Assembly (NCBI GenBank): GCA_040391315.1
Contig: JBEBYC010000011.1
Location: forward strand, 46,962-110,961
Direction: 5' to 3'
Source of the DNA: Portibacter sp.
Lineage (GTDB): Bacteria > Bacteroidota > Bacteroidia > Chitinophagales > Saprospiraceae
Length of the DNA: 64,000 bases
The number at the start of each line of letters is the position of its first letter. Positions within the stretch are counted from its first letter, which is position 1. The translations under genes were made by a program, and so were the position numbers. Under the pieces are notes generated by a model. The model saw nothing but the letters and a program-made list of their open reading frames with translations. It was not told the DNA's origin and did not search any database. This document shows, piece after piece, positions 19,877 to 27,666 of the stretch.

Positions 19877-21271
19877 TTGTACATTATGCACTCAATGGCA
19901 GAAGGCACCAGACGCGAGTTGTATAAAGCCCAGTCCTTTTTACAGTCTTATGTAAAGTCCAATTCTAAAAGCGATTTGAAATCCTATGTAGGTTCGCTTC
20001 AAAAATTGACTGAGCAAATCTACGCAATACGTCAATATGAAAGCGAAAATCTAGCTGTTTTTGATTCGACTAATTTAGTTGAAAGTGAAATTAAACAATT
20101 GGATCATTTTGAAAAATTGATCGATTCTATATTTATGGAATCCAAAAAAATATCCATTGATGTCGCTCCTTATATGATTCATAAAATGGAAATTGAACAA
20201 ATTCCTAACCATGTTAAAGTAGAAATACACCATTTGGAAGACAGCTTGAAAAAAAAAGGATTTTTTAACCGGCTGAAAGATGCGATAACCGGTAAAGTGG
20301 AAGTAAAAACGGATACTATTATCATTAAAACTACCCATGATAGTTAGGTGGATACGACTAAATTAAATTCCGCTATCGATAATTCAATTGAGGCCTTACA
20401 ACAATATTATCTAGACGAACTTCGTAACTTTCAAACGCGTCTCGACTCGCACAATAATCGTATTTATCAAATTTACGACGGACTGATGAATACCGGAAAT
20501 AACCTGCTTGATGTCTATAATACTTCCATTTCTGACTTCAAGGAACGGCTCCAAAATCAATACTCTGAGCAAATTTCTATCAACAACAAGATTCGTAGAA
20601 ATACTATTTTAGGCTTGCTCTTTCTAACTTTCCTAGTACTTATTGTACTGATGTATTATACCCGATTGGCTTTTGATTATTAAAATGACCTTAAAGAAGC
20701 CAATGACAGAATTAACCAACATTTAAATTTTAAAACGAGGGTACTTGGCATGTTGAGCCATGAAATAAGAGCACCTTTAAAAATCATTACTTTATTTATT
20801 AAAAATATTGACAGCCGGACTACCGACAGCAAAATACGTGAATTTCTAAAAACGATAAAATTTACTATTAATTCTATGCTTATTCAAGCGAATCAAATCT
20901 TAGAAATCAGTTCAATAAAGAAATCTGAATTTCAGCTCACTAATTTTAACTTGAAAAACGAGATCGTTTCATTGCTGAAAGCTTTTGAGCCATATATTGA
21001 ATCCGGCAACAATAATTTTCTTTATAATATTCAAATATCGGATGAAATTATCGTTTATTCTGATAGTACAAAAATTCATCAAATATTGACTAATTTATTA
21101 GACAATGCCAATAAGTTTACAGAAAATGGTATCATTGAATTAAAAGCAATCGCATTTGAAACAACATCGAATGAGGTACAACTTAAAGTTTCTATTTTTA
21201 ACGGTCAGAAATGGCGGTTGGTTGACAAGATAGTAATATATAAAATAAGCAAATATGCGCAAGAAGATTGA
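19877..21271 (+). pseudogene. Decayed sensor histidine kinase (two in-frame stops, truncated ATPase domain)
   Basis: The three track ORFs (19877-20347, 20348-20683, 20750-21271) are all in the same frame. They are separated only by TAG (20345-20347) and TAA (20681-20683). Reading through 20684-20749 gives NDLKEANDRINQHLNFKTRVLGMLSHEIRAPL, a perfect DHp H-box context. A TM helix (ILGLLFLTFLVLIVLMYY) precedes it and the N-box (LTNLLDNANKFTENG) follows. After VSIFN the G1/G2 boxes are missing. Confidence 0.7.
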
Positions 21272-21371
21272 ATTGGTTTAATGTTTTCGGGTTTAGTAAG
21301 CATTTAGTAGCGATCACATTAATAAAACCGATTTCATCTATGCCTGTTTACATTTTCCGATAAAAGAATAC

Positions 21372-21935
21372 CTATACGTGCTTACTTCCACGCGGTATCC
21401 AAGCTACTTCTTCTGCCCCATGGATATAAACAATATATCTCGACAACATAAAAAAATAGTCGGAAAGCCTATTTAGATATTGAATGATTAAAGGGTCAAT
21501 GGCTGATTCTCTGTCAAGAGAAATAACACTACGCTCAGCCCGTCTGCATACGGTACGACAAACATGCGCCAATGCAGCTGCATGATGCCCACCGGGTAGC
21601 ACAAAATTTTTCAATGGAGGTAAATCCGTTTCCATATTATCCATAGCATGTTCTAATTCGGTGATATCCTCCGGAAAAATATCCGGCGTAATCATGTTTT
21701 TATCCGGATCTGAGGCCAAATTAGAACCGATGGTAAAGAGTCTTTTTTGAATCTCGGCCAACAAATTATTTTGTATTTCATGATCAAAGGCTGTATTAAG
21801 TACACCTACAAACGCATTGAGTTCATCGACCGTACCGTAGGTTTCAATTCTAAGATCATCTTTGGGAAGTCTCTTCCCGCCAAATAACCCGGTCATACCT
21901 TTATCACCAGTCTTGGTGTATATTTTCATGCTCAT
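21372..21935 (-). CDS. PduO-type ATP:cob(I)alamin adenosyltransferase
   Basis: 187 aa. MKIYTKTGDKGMTGLFGGKRLPKDDLRIETYGTVDELNAFVG and LPGGHHAAALAHVCRTVCRRAER are typical of the PduO/MMAB family. The real start is probably Met3 (21929). Confidence 0.9.
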   Translation of the reverse strand: MSMKIYTKTGDKGMTGLFGGKRLPKDDLRIETYGTVDELNAFVGVLNTAFDHEIQNNLLAEIQKRLFTIGSNLASDPDKNMITPDIFPEDITELEHAMDNMETDLPPLKNFVLPGGHHAAALAHVCRTVCRRAERSVISLDRESAIDPLIIQYLNRLSDYFFMLSRYIVYIHGAEEVAWIPRGSKHV

Positions 21936-22039
21936 GATTCAATTTTTTTGAATATATATCCTATGATAACAAAAGCTATTCCGAACTGTTTTTTCTATTA
22001 CGTTAAAATTGCCACAACCGGCATATAATTCAGGAATAT

Positions 22040-23008
22040 TTATTGATGGTCAAAAACAATTTTTCCCATTTGATGTCCCTGTTCCATAATCTGAAAACCT
22101 GAGATGATTTCATCAAAACCTATAACATGGCTAATAACCGGTTTAATCTTATATTGATTAATAAAATCCAGCATTTCTTTAAAATCAGCATCAGAGCCCA
22201 TCGTTGACCCCAAAATTGAAAGTTGTTTCCAAAAAACCTGTTGAGGATTAATGTTGTCAATATTTCCTTTAGTTCCACCATAAAAAACAATTCGACCGCC
22301 AGGATTTGCAATACGGATAAAGTTATTAAAACCAGCACCACCAGCACTGTCAACAACAACATCGACTCCACCCATATCTTGCTGTAATTGTTTAGCCCAT
22401 CCATCATCTTTGTAGGAATATGCAAACTTAGCCCCTAAAGTTAAGGCATGCTCAAGTTTTTCATTAGTACCAGACGTAACTGCAACTTCACATCCTAAAG
22501 CCAACGCAAATTGCATTGCAAATAAAGCTACACCACCACCAATACCTGAGATTAAAACCTTATCTCCTTTATTGAGATTAGCTCTTTTAAATACACTTCT
22601 GTAAGCTGTCAGACCACCTAAAGGCAAAGCAGCAGCTTCAATAAATGACAGATGAGCCGGTTTCGGATGAATATTCTGTTTATCAATTATAATGTAATCG
22701 GCAAAAGTACCATCTTCAGGAACACCTAAAACCCTGAATGACTTAGCTTGAAATGCCTGATTGCTACCCCACGCTAATCCGGGATTTATAATTACTGCGT
22801 TACCACTACTATCCAGACCGCAACCATCTGCACCCATAGTTGACCCTATTCGAATACCCGGATACAAGCCCTTTGTAATATAAATATCTCTATGATTAAG
22901 TGCTGAGGCTTTTAAATTGACTAGATCCTGATTTTCTGATGGTTGAGGGACATCCTTATGGATTAATTTTGGTAACTGATGGATCGATTCAATGATACAA
23001 GCTTTCAT
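22040..23008 (-). CDS. Zinc-type alcohol dehydrogenase / NADPH:quinone oxidoreductase family protein (MDR superfamily)
   Basis: MKACIIES...LNHRDIYITKGLYPG... plus a Rossmann motif ISGIGGGVALFAMQFALALG. I prefer the ATG at 23008, because the track start at 23041 is TTG and overlaps the upstream terminator hairpin. Confidence 0.85.
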   Translation of the reverse strand: MKACIIESIHQLPKLIHKDVPQPSENQDLVNLKASALNHRDIYITKGLYPGIRIGSTMGADGCGLDSSGNAVIINPGLAWGSNQAFQAKSFRVLGVPEDGTFADYIIIDKQNIHPKPAHLSFIEAAALPLGGLTAYRSVFKRANLNKGDKVLISGIGGGVALFAMQFALALGCEVAVTSGTNEKLEHALTLGAKFAYSYKDDGWAKQLQQDMGGVDVVVDSAGGAGFNNFIRIANPGGRIVFYGGTKGNIDNINPQQVFWKQLSILGSTMGSDADFKEMLDFINQYKIKPVISHVIGFDEIISGFQIMEQGHQMGKIVFDHQ

Positions 23009-23035
23009 AATGGAGTATTTATATATTTGGTATAT

Positions 23036-23073
23036 AAACAAACAAAAACAGGTTGTGTTGCCACAACCTGTTT
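23036..23073 (-). terminator. Rho-independent terminator after giant paralogue 2
   Basis: Perfect 12-bp stem (AAACAGGTTGTG at 23046-23057, CACAACCTGTTT at 23062-23073) with a 4-nt loop. On the minus strand it is followed by TTGTTTGTTT. Confidence 0.7.
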
Positions 23074-23110
23074 GAAAAACCCAGAATCATTTTTATAAAA
23101 ACACATTACA

Positions 23111-26100
23111 TTACTCAATTAAAATCAACTTCTTCGTTGCAGAGAAGCTATCTGTATCAATCTGATAGTAATAGATACCTGCTCCATTCAACTGATTATG
23201 ATCAATTTGGATCGTATTATAACCTTTAGTGAAAATGTTTTGAACACTATATACCATTTTTCCGGTTACATCCATAATCTTAAGGGTACCAGAACTAGCA
23301 TTAGCTAATTCAAAAGAAATCGAAGTATAATCCTTGAATGGGTTTGGTTGGTTTTGGTACAAATAATTTTGTACTGTACCCACTTCGCCATTTCTAACTT
23401 GTATATCTAACTTTCTAACATTATAATAAAAATCATAAACTTCAGGTGCAAGTCCATCTTGCATGACACTAATCTTTTCGGTACTTCCAGTTGCTTTTGT
23501 TACAAAATCAAGACTAAACAATACGTCATTTGGATTCAATCTGATACCATTTGCAATATCAATTGAGAATGTTAAGATACCATTAGAAGCCTGATTAAAA
23601 TTCACATTGTAATCATTAACTTTTACTATGCCACTGTTCACTGTTGAATATTCCAAAGCATCCGCATCAAATTTTAGTGTAAATTGCGTACCCATGATAT
23701 CCATCCATTCACCGGCTTTGATCTCAACTTTCAATAATTTACCTGCATCAAATTGCTTTTCATCAATAACAAACAGTGCATTGCTAGTTCTTGTCTGTGA
23801 CTTATTGCTATGAAGATTTACCGTTGCCGTATTATTAACGTCTCCTACTTTTACAGCTAAAAAATTCAAATCATTTACATCTTCGTAGATAGAATCCAAA
23901 AATATCTTTTCTTGATAATCGAATGGATATAAAGGATCTTGGAAAACATAACTCTCAGGAACGAATCTCCAAGAAGTGTTGTTTTCAAATTCGTTATTGA
24001 TACCGAGAATAAGTTTTCTCAATGCCGTCAAGTCGCTTGAAGATATTGTCTTAGAATTATTGATATCCGCAGCCAAAATCTTATACGGTGAATCCAAATT
24101 CTCCAATCCTAAGATATGTCTTTGTATCTGTACGATGTCTAGTGTACTTACTCCATTTATCGCATCATCGCTCATATTTGCTGCGATCTCTTTATAATCA
24201 AATACATTTAACCCTGTAAATTTATATTTACCATCTTCTTTAGACTTGTTCATTACTTCAGTATTTGAAGTAACTAAATCCAAGTATACTTCTACACCTT
24301 CTACCGGTTCTTTTGTTTCAGTAGTAATAATACCAGAAACAGATGGAAGAAGCGTAGCGACATCAGGGCATGAATTTGTCAATGGTGAATCCTGTAAATT
24401 AAGGACGACTTCACAAAATTCATAGTTACCACTTGCATCAAAAACATACATTCTTAACGGTATTTTAGCTGCCTGACCATTTGGAATATCTGCACATGTA
24501 AAACGTTTACCGCTATCTTTTCCTGCCTGATCAAATGCAAAAGTTAAGTCACCGGTTGAACAATTTGCATAACTCTTCAAGTCAAAATCACTAGCCCAAA
24601 CCTCTGTAGATCCACTAGGATCCATAACCCAAACAATCTCTTTGTAGCATATCGGTGTTGGTTTTTTAGAACCTGTAATTGTCACATCATATGAACATTT
24701 AGTAGGTACTCCACAAAAATTGACAGCTGTAAATGTAACACGGTGCGTGCCCACAGGGAAGACTCTTGTGAAAGTTTTACCAATTCCGGACATATCCGAA
24801 TCACCATCTTTATCTAAATCAACCGTCCAGCTAAATTTCAAATCATTCGGTTTAGTACAATCGTCCTCAGCCTCAGCTGTCAAAGTTAATTCAATATCAC
24901 ATTTATCAGAATCGGTTTCAAAAGTTTGATTTCTACAATTTTTAAAAACCGCACCACCAGAACCTGTAAGTTTAATCAGCTGTGTTCTTTCAGCTATCAC
25001 TTCATTTTGATTGTATGAACACCAATCAATTACACTCCATTTTCTCAATATTTTGATACAAACATTATCTACATTATAGAAGAGTTGATCAGTATATGAA
25101 ATTCCTAGATCACGACAACCAACGTTGACTACAACAGGACGACTATTTAATGCTTCTGGTGTTGCATCATTCAAATTACAAGAAGCTATTGTTCTTTCAC
25201 CAGGGAAAGTTACATTACTTTCAGAAAATACCGGAGAGATAATTGTTAATCGTTGGGTACATTTTACTGTTGGGTCAGCGACTAAATACCATTCCCTAGT
25301 TACAACACCGGTTTTACATTTATTATCTAATGTATTACTTATAATTCTACTTGCAAAAACATCAGAACCGCAGATACCACTGATTGTCGGCTTACCAAAG
25401 AATAAGGTATCAAAAGCTGCTGTTCCACTAACCCATGCATTAATTTTGCTATCACTACAAGTTAGCGTTTTATTTGAAGGGCAAGTTATCACCGGTGGTC
25501 TCTTATTCTGAACTTTAACTTGAGTTTCACAATCATTATAATTACCAGCAGTGTCATAAACTCTTAATATAACAGAAACATATGAATCCGGTTTAGTTAT
25601 ATCTTCACAACAGAAAGTAACTTTAGGTCCAAAGTTTAAATCAGACGCATTTCCTGCACAAGTTGTTGTCTTACGTCTCACTTCATATTTAACAATTGGC
25701 CCACAGTTATCAATACTATGATCATCTAAAGAAGTAGCATATAATTCAGCATAACCAGATTCGTCAATAGAAATCACCGTGTGACCTTCACATATTGCAG
25801 TTGGAGGAATTAAATCCACTACATCTACTTCCGTAAAACATTCTGTAGTATTTCCACATTCGTCAGTTACAGTATATCTTAACCAAGTACGGCCCACTGG
25901 AAGTCCAACAATTGTAAATGGCCTAGCTGTTTGAGAAATAGTAGCTGCATACGCAGGACTTGTTCCTTGTATTCGTGTTTCACCTTCCACTTTAACCCAT
26001 ATTCCATCTACTGGAGGATTACCATTTTTATCAGCCTTTTTGAATGCAATATCCCAAGTGACACCAGAACATTCAGAAATAACAGTCGGTGGTTTAACAG

Positions 26101-27562
26101 CCCATGTTGCAGTACAGCTATTTGCTAATACAGGAACAACATCAACTGGGCCATTTGGATTACCCGTTAAATCAGCCGGACATGTAATGATTGGTGCAAT
26201 ATTGTCTTCGATCTTAATTGTTTGATCACAAATCTTATCCTCACCAGTACACCAGTCAATAATCGTCCACTTTCTTAGTACTTTAACACCCGCACCACAT
26301 AAATCAAATACGACATCCTCATAATAAAGTTGGATATTGTTACAATTTATATTCTGAGGGAAACCGCTTACTTCAGGTACAGGTGCACCATTAGGAAGTT
26401 TAGTAAATGAGGTATTACAGTCTCTTATCCAGTTTGCAGGACAAACGATATCTGCTAGAGATGGTCTTTTAAAGTATATGTACTGAACTGTTTCCACTGT
26501 ATTACCACTTAAATCCTTTGCCGTCCATGTTCTTTGAATAATTCTACTAAATCTATCACTACATGAAAGATTCGTAACCTCATCTTTTTTAGTTAACGTA
26601 ACTGCTGAACATGCATCTTCAAATATTGGAAGATTTGAAGCATTAGCAACCGTTTCGTTTAGAATTCGGGTTTCGTCATTACAGTTTAACGAACAGATCG
26701 TTGCGTCAACTGAAGATTTAATGTTTCCAACACGGCTATCTAATAATAAACTATAATTAATACCCCCAGGAGGTACTGTTCCTACTACTGTACTAATTAC
26801 TAAAACATAGTTAATTCCTGTATTTATAGACCCTGAATATGTATTCACATCCGTTGAAACCAAATTATCACATGGACTAGATGGATCAAAAACACCCGCA
26901 TAAAGAGACATTCTCAAATTAGCATTTAATAAGTTAATGTCTACGGTTCCTGTTTGATCAACTGCAAACACATGTGTTTCATAATATACATCATCAGACG
27001 AAACACCAGGACAATCTACAACAGATAATGGTCTGTTATATCTCGCATCAATATCGCTAACGTTACCTGAAAATTCTGTAATTCGAGCTTCACATGGAGT
27101 ACTTAAAACAACAGGTGGTAATTTGTCTTCTATATTAGCGTAACCCCAACATCTGTTTCCACAACCACGTAGAGATACGGTAACTTCAAGTTTTTTATTT
27201 ATATGTTCTAAAGTTGCTACAACACGCTTAATAGGTCTACCCATTAAATCATTACCGATAATTTCAATTGGAAGTTCTACACCATTAACTAATTTTGCTG
27301 TAACATCATAAGCATCCTCGCTATAAGCCAGAGCTTCCATCACCATATCTGGATGAATCGTTACAGAACAATTGTCCTCGAGCGATATCTGTACGCCATT
27401 GCTACATGAAAGGATTACATTACAATCTACCTGAGCAGAAAGAGAAAATGAACTAATAAGAGTTAAGGTTATTAAAATTGAGAATGCCCTTGTTTTTGCG
27501 CCTAAAAAGTCTAAACCACTAATCAGACTTTTATTGAAATGTGTAAAATTGGGTCTTTTCAT
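23111..27562 (-). CDS. Giant T9SS cargo paralogue 2 (about 1,483 aa)
   Basis: The start is set at the ATG at 27562 (MKRPNFTHFNKSLISGLDFLGAKTRAFSILITLTLISSFSLSAQ is a signal peptide). The track's 35-codon N-terminal extension runs through a GC-rich hairpin. Chassis landmarks are CWGYANIEDKLPP, IIQRTWTAKDLSGNTVETVQYIYF, VLRKWTIIDWC, YTVTDECGNTTECFTEVDVVD, VTFCCEDI, CIKILRKWSVIDWC, KKPTPIC...WASDFDLKSYANC and VFDASGNYEFCEVVLNLQD. The tail has a dockerin-like module (about 24002-24166), a cohesin-like module (about 23381-23785) and a CTD (LYQNQPNPFKDYTSISFEL...ATKKLILIE). Confidence 0.85.
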   Translation of the reverse strand: MKRPNFTHFNKSLISGLDFLGAKTRAFSILITLTLISSFSLSAQVDCNVILSCSNGVQISLEDNCSVTIHPDMVMEALAYSEDAYDVTAKLVNGVELPIEIIGNDLMGRPIKRVVATLEHINKKLEVTVSLRGCGNRCWGYANIEDKLPPVVLSTPCEARITEFSGNVSDIDARYNRPLSVVDCPGVSSDDVYYETHVFAVDQTGTVDINLLNANLRMSLYAGVFDPSSPCDNLVSTDVNTYSGSINTGINYVLVISTVVGTVPPGGINYSLLLDSRVGNIKSSVDATICSLNCNDETRILNETVANASNLPIFEDACSAVTLTKKDEVTNLSCSDRFSRIIQRTWTAKDLSGNTVETVQYIYFKRPSLADIVCPANWIRDCNTSFTKLPNGAPVPEVSGFPQNINCNNIQLYYEDVVFDLCGAGVKVLRKWTIIDWCTGEDKICDQTIKIEDNIAPIITCPADLTGNPNGPVDVVPVLANSCTATWAVKPPTVISECSGVTWDIAFKKADKNGNPPVDGIWVKVEGETRIQGTSPAYAATISQTARPFTIVGLPVGRTWLRYTVTDECGNTTECFTEVDVVDLIPPTAICEGHTVISIDESGYAELYATSLDDHSIDNCGPIVKYEVRRKTTTCAGNASDLNFGPKVTFCCEDITKPDSYVSVILRVYDTAGNYNDCETQVKVQNKRPPVITCPSNKTLTCSDSKINAWVSGTAAFDTLFFGKPTISGICGSDVFASRIISNTLDNKCKTGVVTREWYLVADPTVKCTQRLTIISPVFSESNVTFPGERTIASCNLNDATPEALNSRPVVVNVGCRDLGISYTDQLFYNVDNVCIKILRKWSVIDWCSYNQNEVIAERTQLIKLTGSGGAVFKNCRNQTFETDSDKCDIELTLTAEAEDDCTKPNDLKFSWTVDLDKDGDSDMSGIGKTFTRVFPVGTHRVTFTAVNFCGVPTKCSYDVTITGSKKPTPICYKEIVWVMDPSGSTEVWASDFDLKSYANCSTGDLTFAFDQAGKDSGKRFTCADIPNGQAAKIPLRMYVFDASGNYEFCEVVLNLQDSPLTNSCPDVATLLPSVSGIITTETKEPVEGVEVYLDLVTSNTEVMNKSKEDGKYKFTGLNVFDYKEIAANMSDDAINGVSTLDIVQIQRHILGLENLDSPYKILAADINNSKTISSSDLTALRKLILGINNEFENNTSWRFVPESYVFQDPLYPFDYQEKIFLDSIYEDVNDLNFLAVKVGDVNNTATVNLHSNKSQTRTSNALFVIDEKQFDAGKLLKVEIKAGEWMDIMGTQFTLKFDADALEYSTVNSGIVKVNDYNVNFNQASNGILTFSIDIANGIRLNPNDVLFSLDFVTKATGSTEKISVMQDGLAPEVYDFYYNVRKLDIQVRNGEVGTVQNYLYQNQPNPFKDYTSISFELANASSGTLKIMDVTGKMVYSVQNIFTKGYNTIQIDHNQLNGAGIYYYQIDTDSFSATKKLILIE
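23114..24370 (-). other. Conserved C-terminal tail cassette of paralogue 2
   Basis: The last 419 aa from CPDVATLLPSVSGIITTETKEPVEGVEV. Dockerin-like: INGVSTLDIVQIQRHILGLENLDSPYKILAADINNSKTISSSDLTALRKLILG. Cohesin-like: LFVIDEKQFDAGKLLKVEIKAGEWMDIMGTQFTLKFDADALEY...NDVLFSLDFVTKATG. A T9SS CTD follows. Confidence 0.7.
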
Positions 27563-27617
27563 TGTATGAAAATTTAATTTTGTAAAAAAATTATGTGTTT
27601 TTATATGAGAAAATTGT

Positions 27618-27658
27618 GGCACGAAGTCAGAGGCTTCGTCTTTTTCTGACTTCGTGCC
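27618..27658 (-). terminator. GC-rich perfect 14-bp hairpin between the two tandem giant genes (intercistronic terminator, attenuator or RNA-stability element)
   Basis: GGCACGAAGTCAGA (27618-27631) and TCTGACTTCGTGCC (27645-27658) flank a 13-nt loop. On the minus strand the stem is followed by ACAAUUUUCUC. It lies 9 nt after the stop of paralogue 3 and 56 nt before the ATG of paralogue 2. Confidence 0.5.
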
Positions 27659-27666
27659 GGCATTCA

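Noticed and set aside
19877-21271. In-frame TAG and TAA in the kinase as evidence of stop-codon reassignment or programmed read-through
   Set aside because: TAA and TAG terminate the other genes in the window at positions consistent with full-length family members. The kinase also lacks its G1/G2 boxes and an intact N-terminus. Ordinary pseudogenisation is the simpler explanation.
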